This document shows positions 45,254 through 50,316 of a DNA stretch of 50,316 bases, one piece after another. Source of the DNA: Armatimonadota bacterium (GTDB taxonomy: Bacteria > Armatimonadota > UBA5829). Made by a program: the position numbers and the translations under genes. The notes beneath the pieces are model-generated. The model saw only the letters and a program-made list of their open reading frames with translations. It had not been told where the DNA came from and did no database searches. Positions within the stretch are counted from its first letter, which is position 1. The number at the start of each line of letters is the position of its first letter. The stretch is taken from positions 1-50,316 of the forward strand of contig JBDNDK010000001.1 of assembly GCA_046719185.1 (NCBI GenBank). Direction: 5' to 3'.

Positions 45254-46507
45254 ATGGCTAATATTACTGATATGCAAAAAGATTCTATAAGATGTAGAGT
45301 CTTAAAAGCTGTAGATGAGGTGAAGATTACTGATATTCACACTCATATATACAATCAAAGTTTTGGTGATATTTTATTATGGGGAATAGATGAACTTATA
45401 ACATATCACTATCTTGTAGCTGAAACTTTAAGATGGGGAGTTATATCACCAGAGGATTATTGGAAACTCAACAAAAAAGAGCAAGCAGATATTATTTGGA
45501 AAACATTATTTGTTGATCATATACCTTTTAGTGAAGCTTGCAGAGGTGTTCTTACTGTTTTAGACAAACTTGGTCTTGATACTTCTGCTAGAAATCTTAA
45601 TGAATATAGAAAGTTTTTCCAATCACAGAACTTAGAGAAATATGTTGATACAGTATTTGAAACAGCTGGTGTAGAAAGCGTGGTCATGACAAATGATCCA
45701 TTTGATGATCTTGAAAGACCATCGTGGCTAAATAATGCTCCAAGAGATGAAAGGTTTCATGCTGCATTAAGAATAGATCCTATTTTAATCAATTGGGCAA
45801 CTGCGGCTTCAAAGATTAAAGATTGGGGATATGATGTAACACCTGAACTTACAGAAAAAACCTGCCTTGAAATCTGCAGATTTTTAGGTGATTGGGTGGA
45901 TAAGATGAAAGCACTGTATTTAGCTGTTTCTCTAACCCCAGATTTTAGATTTCCTGATGATTCTGAGCAAACACTTATAATAGAAAAATGCATCTTGCCT
46001 GTCTGCAGAGAAAAAGGCATCCCATTTGCTCTTATGATTGGTGTTAAAAGACTTATTAACCCAAGATTAAAGCTTGCTGGTGATGGTGTTGGGGCAGGGG
46101 ATGTAAATTCTGTTGAAAATCTATGCTCAAATTATCCTGATAACAAATTTATGGTAACTATGCTTTCAAGAGAAAATCAGCATGAGCTAACAGTAGCAGC
46201 TAGAAAGTTTTCAAACTTATTTTTGTTTGGTTGCTGGTGGTTCTTAAACAATCCATGCTTTATTGAAGAAATGACAAATATGAGATTTGATTTACTTGGT
46301 CCTAATGTGGTTCCTCAGCATTCTGATGCTAGAGTATTGGATCAGCTTATTTACAAATGGTGGCATTCAAGAGATATAATTGGTGAGGTGTTATCAGAAA
46401 AAATTATCAATTTATCTGCAACTGGTTGGATTCCTACTGATGAAGAAATTAAGAGAGATGTTAAAGCTTTGTTTGGTGGTAATTTCTGGGATTATTTGAA
46501 GAGATAA
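45254..46507 (+). CDS. uronate isomerase, Bh0493-type (amidohydrolase superfamily)
   Basis: ITDIHTHIY..FGDILLWGIDELITYHYLVAE, VVMTNDPFDD, RFHAALRIDP, MLSRENQHEL, FGCWWFLNNP and PQHSDARVLDQLIYKW match my recollection of B. halodurans Bh0493 closely. The ATG at 45254 has GGGAG 8 nt upstream. The track start at 45239 is 5 codons longer. Confidence 0.8.
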   Translation: MANITDMQKDSIRCRVLKAVDEVKITDIHTHIYNQSFGDILLWGIDELITYHYLVAETLRWGVISPEDYWKLNKKEQADIIWKTLFVDHIPFSEACRGVLTVLDKLGLDTSARNLNEYRKFFQSQNLEKYVDTVFETAGVESVVMTNDPFDDLERPSWLNNAPRDERFHAALRIDPILINWATAASKIKDWGYDVTPELTEKTCLEICRFLGDWVDKMKALYLAVSLTPDFRFPDDSEQTLIIEKCILPVCREKGIPFALMIGVKRLINPRLKLAGDGVGAGDVNSVENLCSNYPDNKFMVTMLSRENQHELTVAARKFSNLFLFGCWWFLNNPCFIEEMTNMRFDLLGPNVVPQHSDARVLDQLIYKWWHSRDIIGEVLSEKIINLSATGWIPTDEEIKRDVKALFGGNFWDYLKR

Positions 46508-46533
46508 AATGTTTGAAAATTAAACATAAAGTA

Positions 46534-46561
46534 AAAAGCCCAGATAATCTCTGGGCTTTTT
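46534..46561. terminator. bidirectional rho-independent terminator between convergent genes
   Basis: AAAA-GCCCAGA (46538-46544), loop TAATC, TCTGGGC (46550-46556), then TTTTT. The A-run and T-run flank the stem symmetrically. Confidence 0.8.
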
Positions 46562-46582
46562 CTGACTTGGCAAACTGATTTA

Positions 46583-47731
46583 TTAACCACTACTTTTTAT
46601 TTTCGGTATTGATGCTTTTATATCTATAGACTCTTCTGGAAATCCTTTAATAATTTTTTCAATTGCATCTTGAGCTGATACAAATGTTCCGGGCTGTTCA
46701 TATAATTCGGGCATAACTTCTATACAATCTCTAATAATAGCAGAATCTGTAACACTACATTCACAACCCAATACGCATCCTTTTATCACAGATTTGCTTC
46801 CAACCTGACATTTATGACCTAATATGCTATATTCTATTTTTGCATCTTCTTCAACCATGCTATCTTGAGCAATAACAACATTTGGTCCAATATGTGCACC
46901 TTTTTTTACACATGTTCTGTTTCCTAAAAATATTGGTGCTGATAAAGCAACGGAATCGTGAATACTAATTCCTTCACCAATCCATACTCCATCACTAATT
47001 TTTGCAGCCTGAATATATAAATCGATTTTTCCAGTGAGAGCATCAAAATGGCAATTTCTATAGTCTATTAATGATCCTATATCTTTGAAATAACCATCAA
47101 CATTTTCAGCATAAATTGGATAGTTATTATCAATAAGTTTTGGAATTAGTTCAATATCATAATCAAATACTTCTTTTTCTGGTAGTAGAAATATTAATTG
47201 TTTATCCAATATCACAATACCAGTTGACACAATATTTGAAAAGATATTATTACTTGATGGCTTCTTAGCAAATTTTGTTATAAGTCCATTTGTATTTGTT
47301 TCAAATATACTATGATTAGCAGGATCATCGGTTTTTTGAGTTAAAATTGTTAGGCAAGATGATTTCTTTTTATGAGTTTGTATTGCATCAGTTATATTTA
47401 TATTTGTAATTATATCTCCGGGAATAATAAAGAATGATTCATCAAGAAGAGGTTTTAGATGTTTTAGGCAGCCACCAGTTCCAAGAGGTTTATATTCCAC
47501 AAAGTATCTTATTTTGACTCCCCAAGTTAATCCTTCTCCAAGGTAATCAATTAATTTTTGGGATTCTGGAGAAAGAGTGATTATGATATCATTTATACCA
47601 CTTTCAGCAAGCATTCTTACAGTGTGTTCGAGTAGAGGTTTATCAAAGATAGGTAGCAGTGATTTTGGTACTTTGGTTGTTGGTGGGTGTAATCTGGTTC
47701 CGGAACCTCCGGCTAATATAATTGCCTGCAT
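46583..47731 (-). CDS. sugar-1-phosphate nucleotidyltransferase with left-handed beta-helix C-terminal domain
   Basis: 382 aa. MQAIILAGGSGTRLHPPTTKVPKSLLPI is the NTP_transferase signature, and the C-terminal half carries hexapeptide-like repeats. AGGAGG RBS. Confidence 0.85.
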   Translation of the reverse strand: MQAIILAGGSGTRLHPPTTKVPKSLLPIFDKPLLEHTVRMLAESGINDIIITLSPESQKLIDYLGEGLTWGVKIRYFVEYKPLGTGGCLKHLKPLLDESFFIIPGDIITNINITDAIQTHKKKSSCLTILTQKTDDPANHSIFETNTNGLITKFAKKPSSNNIFSNIVSTGIVILDKQLIFLLPEKEVFDYDIELIPKLIDNNYPIYAENVDGYFKDIGSLIDYRNCHFDALTGKIDLYIQAAKISDGVWIGEGISIHDSVALSAPIFLGNRTCVKKGAHIGPNVVIAQDSMVEEDAKIEYSILGHKCQVGSKSVIKGCVLGCECSVTDSAIIRDCIEVMPELYEQPGTFVSAQDAIEKIIKGFPEESIDIKASIPKIKSSG

Positions 47732-47901
47732 GTTTTTCCTCCTTATGCCATGCTGAATGATATAGCTTTCTAATGATCACTAAAATGGATAAGAAAAATA
47801 TGATTGCGTAATAGTGCCTTTAATAATATTTAAAAATATTTTACATAATAAATTCTACTTATAATTTTTATACTACCCAAAATTTTTGCAAATATTTGAA
47901 T

Positions 47902-47931
47902 TTGCCCAAATATCCATTCTAATGATATAAT
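47902..47931 (+). promoter_or_regulatory. putative promoter of the UPF0182 gene
   Basis: TTGCCC (47902-47907), an 18-nt spacer, then the extended -10 TGATATAAT (47923-47931), ~50 nt upstream of the ATG. Confidence 0.4.
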
Positions 47932-47983
47932 CCTGCAAATTATTATCGGTATAATAATATAAAATAATAAGGAGAAACAGACT

Positions 47984-50316
47984 CATGAAGAGATACTTTG
48001 GTCCGATATTGATGGCTATAATTGCATTGATATTGCTTTTCGGTGGAGCTGCAGTGAAGTTATATACAGATTGGCTGTGGTTTTTAGACCTTGGATACAG
48101 AAAAGTTTTCACCACTGTGTTTTTCACAAAAATGCAGTTAGGAATTACTTCAGCAGTTTTATTTTTTGCAATTATTTATGGAAATTTATGGTATGCAAGA
48201 AAAATATCACCTGCTCCTAGAGAATCCAGCATAGAGATGCAGCTTCTTGAGAAGCTTGGAAGTTTTGCAAGAAGAGGAGTTGGAATATTAATTTTCATTG
48301 TTAGTGTGTTTATCTCAGTGATGGTTGGTCTTGAGACTGCAAATCATTGGGAGTCTTTTTTGAAATATAGAAATGCTATTCCATTTGGTGAAGTGGATCC
48401 AATTTTTAATAATGATATTGGATTTTATGTTTTTCAATTGCCTTTTATAAAATATATAAATGGTTGGATTTTCTTTGCTTTGGTTGTAACAACTATTGCA
48501 ACTGCTGCAATTTATTATGCAAGTGAAGCAATAGAAATGTGGGCAAATAAACTTCAGTTTGCACCTAAAGTCAAAGTGCATCTATGTATATTGATTGCTC
48601 TTATGTTTGTAGTTAAAGCTTGGGGTTACAAGCTCGGTATGTATGATATGCTTACAATAAGGGGCAATATATTTGATGGTGCTGGATATACAAACATACA
48701 CGCAAATCTGCCTGTATTATGGCTTTTGATAGGTGCTGCTATTGTTGGGGCTGTTATAGTTTTATTGAATAGTACAAGAAGAGGAATTGCTCTTGCTGTA
48801 GGTGCTGTTATTGGATTGATGGGACTTTCAATACTTGCTGGTGCAATTTACCCTAGTATTATCCAGAGTGTGATTGTAAAACCTAATGAATTCAATAAAG
48901 AAAGACCATATCTTGAAAGGGCAATTCAGTCAACTAGAAAAGCTTATGGATTAGCTGATGTTGATTATAAACCATATGAAGCTGCTTCAACTCTCACAAA
49001 AGCTCAGATAGAAGCTAATGCATCTTCAATTGAGAATATTAGATTATGGGACAATAGACACTTGATGCATGCTTATGCTCAGATCCAGACTATTCAGCAG
49101 TATTATAATTTTCATGATGTTGATGTTGATAGATATTGGCTTACTGATAAGGATGGTAACAAAAGATACAGACAAGTATGGTTATCAGCTAGGGAACTTT
49201 CTCAGAGTTCACTTCCACAGCCATCACAAACATGGGTGAATAGGAGATTGCAATATACCCATGGTTATGGATTTTGTATGAGTCCTGTTAATGAAATAAG
49301 TTCGGAAGGATTACCGAACTTTTATGTTTATGATATTCCTCCAAAGACATCAATGGAAATTCCAATTTCAAGGTCAGAAATATATTATGGTGAACTCACT
49401 GATGCATATGTTATAGTTGGAACAAAAGCAGATGAATTTAGCTATCCTGCAGGCTCTGAGAATGTTACTACAAGATATGCAGGTGATACTGGTGTTGGCA
49501 TTGGAAGTATGATGAGAAAGCTTCTTTTTGCTTGGAGATATGCTGATGTTAACATTCTTTTGAATTCTGATATTACAAAAGAAAGTAAAATTTTATACAA
49601 CAGGGAGATAAAGAGCAGGGTTAATACTTTAATGCCATTTTTGAAGTTTGATGATGATCCATATTTAATAACTGCTGATGGCAGATTATATTGGATGATT
49701 GATGGCTATACAATAACAAGTGCTTATCCTTATTCTAGAATGACTGTGATGCAGGGTTCATTATGTAATTATATCAGAAACTCTGTGAAGGTTGTTGTGG
49801 ATGCATATAATGGCAATGTATCAGCATATATCATACAAAAACCAATTGAAGATCCTATTATAAAAGTATATGACAAAATATTTCCTGGTGTTTTCAAAAA
49901 GTTTGAAGATATGCCTGAAACACTAAAAAGTCATATAAGATATCCAGAGGAGCTTTTCAAAGTTCAGGCAGCAGTTTATACAAACTATCATAATGAGCCA
50001 GAATCTTTCTATAAGAATTCAGACCTTTGGGCAATTCCCGAGAGAGCAGTATTACTAAGTGAGGAATTAACAGGTTCTGAATATATGGATCCATATTATG
50101 TTAATATGAAACTTCCTGATGGTGAAAAAGAAGAATTTATATTGATGATTCCATATAAAAGAGCTGGTAAGAAAAATATGGTTTCATGGATGTGTGCAAG
50201 ATGTGATGGAGATAATTATGGAGAAATTGTTCTTTATAGGTTTCCACAGGACAAGAATGTATTAGGACCAGATCAGGTAATTGCTAGAATAAATCAAGAT
50301 ACATCCCACAATCGCG
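47984..50316 (+). CDS. UPF0182 family large membrane protein, 3' end outside window
   Basis: Not in the ORF track because there is no stop in the window. ATG 47984 has AAGGAGA 9 nt upstream. MKRYFGPILMAIIALILLFGGAAVKLYTDWLWFLDLGYRKVF is the characteristic UPF0182 N-terminus. About 7 TM helices are followed by a large soluble region, open to the window end (777 codons). The track minus-strand ORFs 47873..48127 and 48315..48581 are its shadows. Confidence 0.85.

Noticed and set aside
47873-48581. Minus-strand track ORFs 47873..48127 and 48315..48581
   Set aside because: They overlap the plus-strand UPF0182 gene, which has a strong RBS and an unmistakable family N-terminus. These ORFs are its antisense shadows.

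Overview
This is a 50.3-kb chromosomal window from an A+T-rich bacterium (roughly one-third G+C by eye). I saw no rRNA, CRISPR array, transposase or integrase.

Backbone:
- A long minus-strand housekeeping run: rpsB-tsf-pyrH-frr | uppS-dxr-rseP-ispG-GNAT-proS-MgtC-like-DUF362 (3.97-15.7 kb).
- serA plus an MFS transporter.
- A MacAB/HlyD-type efflux operon (27.2-30.5 kb).
- hisD-hisB and an initiator tRNA-Met.
- Many carbohydrate genes: GHL6-like, a GH51-like hydrolase with a CBM, GH65-like, a Bh0493-type uronate isomerase and an NDP-sugar pyrophosphorylase.
- Two genes run off the window edges and are missing from the ORF track: a prepilin-like gene (<1..803, minus) and a UPF0182 gene (47984..>50316, plus).

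Unusual content:
1. A type II R-M pair (beta-class MTase + HNH nuclease) lies back-to-back with a translationally coupled SbcD-like nuclease and a 931-aa SbcC/Rad50-like ATPase (39.5-45.2 kb). The midpoint of the ATPase's coiled-coil is a two-helix membrane hairpin rather than a zinc hook. This is my best candidate for an undescribed system.
2. An orphan 919-aa SF2 helicase (19.0-21.8 kb) also carries an internal membrane hairpin. It is bracketed by two inactivated genes: a URO-D-family pseudogene, and a ~1400-aa BcrA/HgdC-type activase split by a 147-nt stop-rich segment that is an open PAS-like frame on the opposite strand.
3. A ~125-nt MITE/REP-like palindromic element is present as two colinear copies plus a third core copy.

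Many longest-ORF starts in the track are TTG codons embedded in the Shine-Dalgarno (TTGGAGG...). I moved those starts to the downstream start codon with proper RBS spacing.
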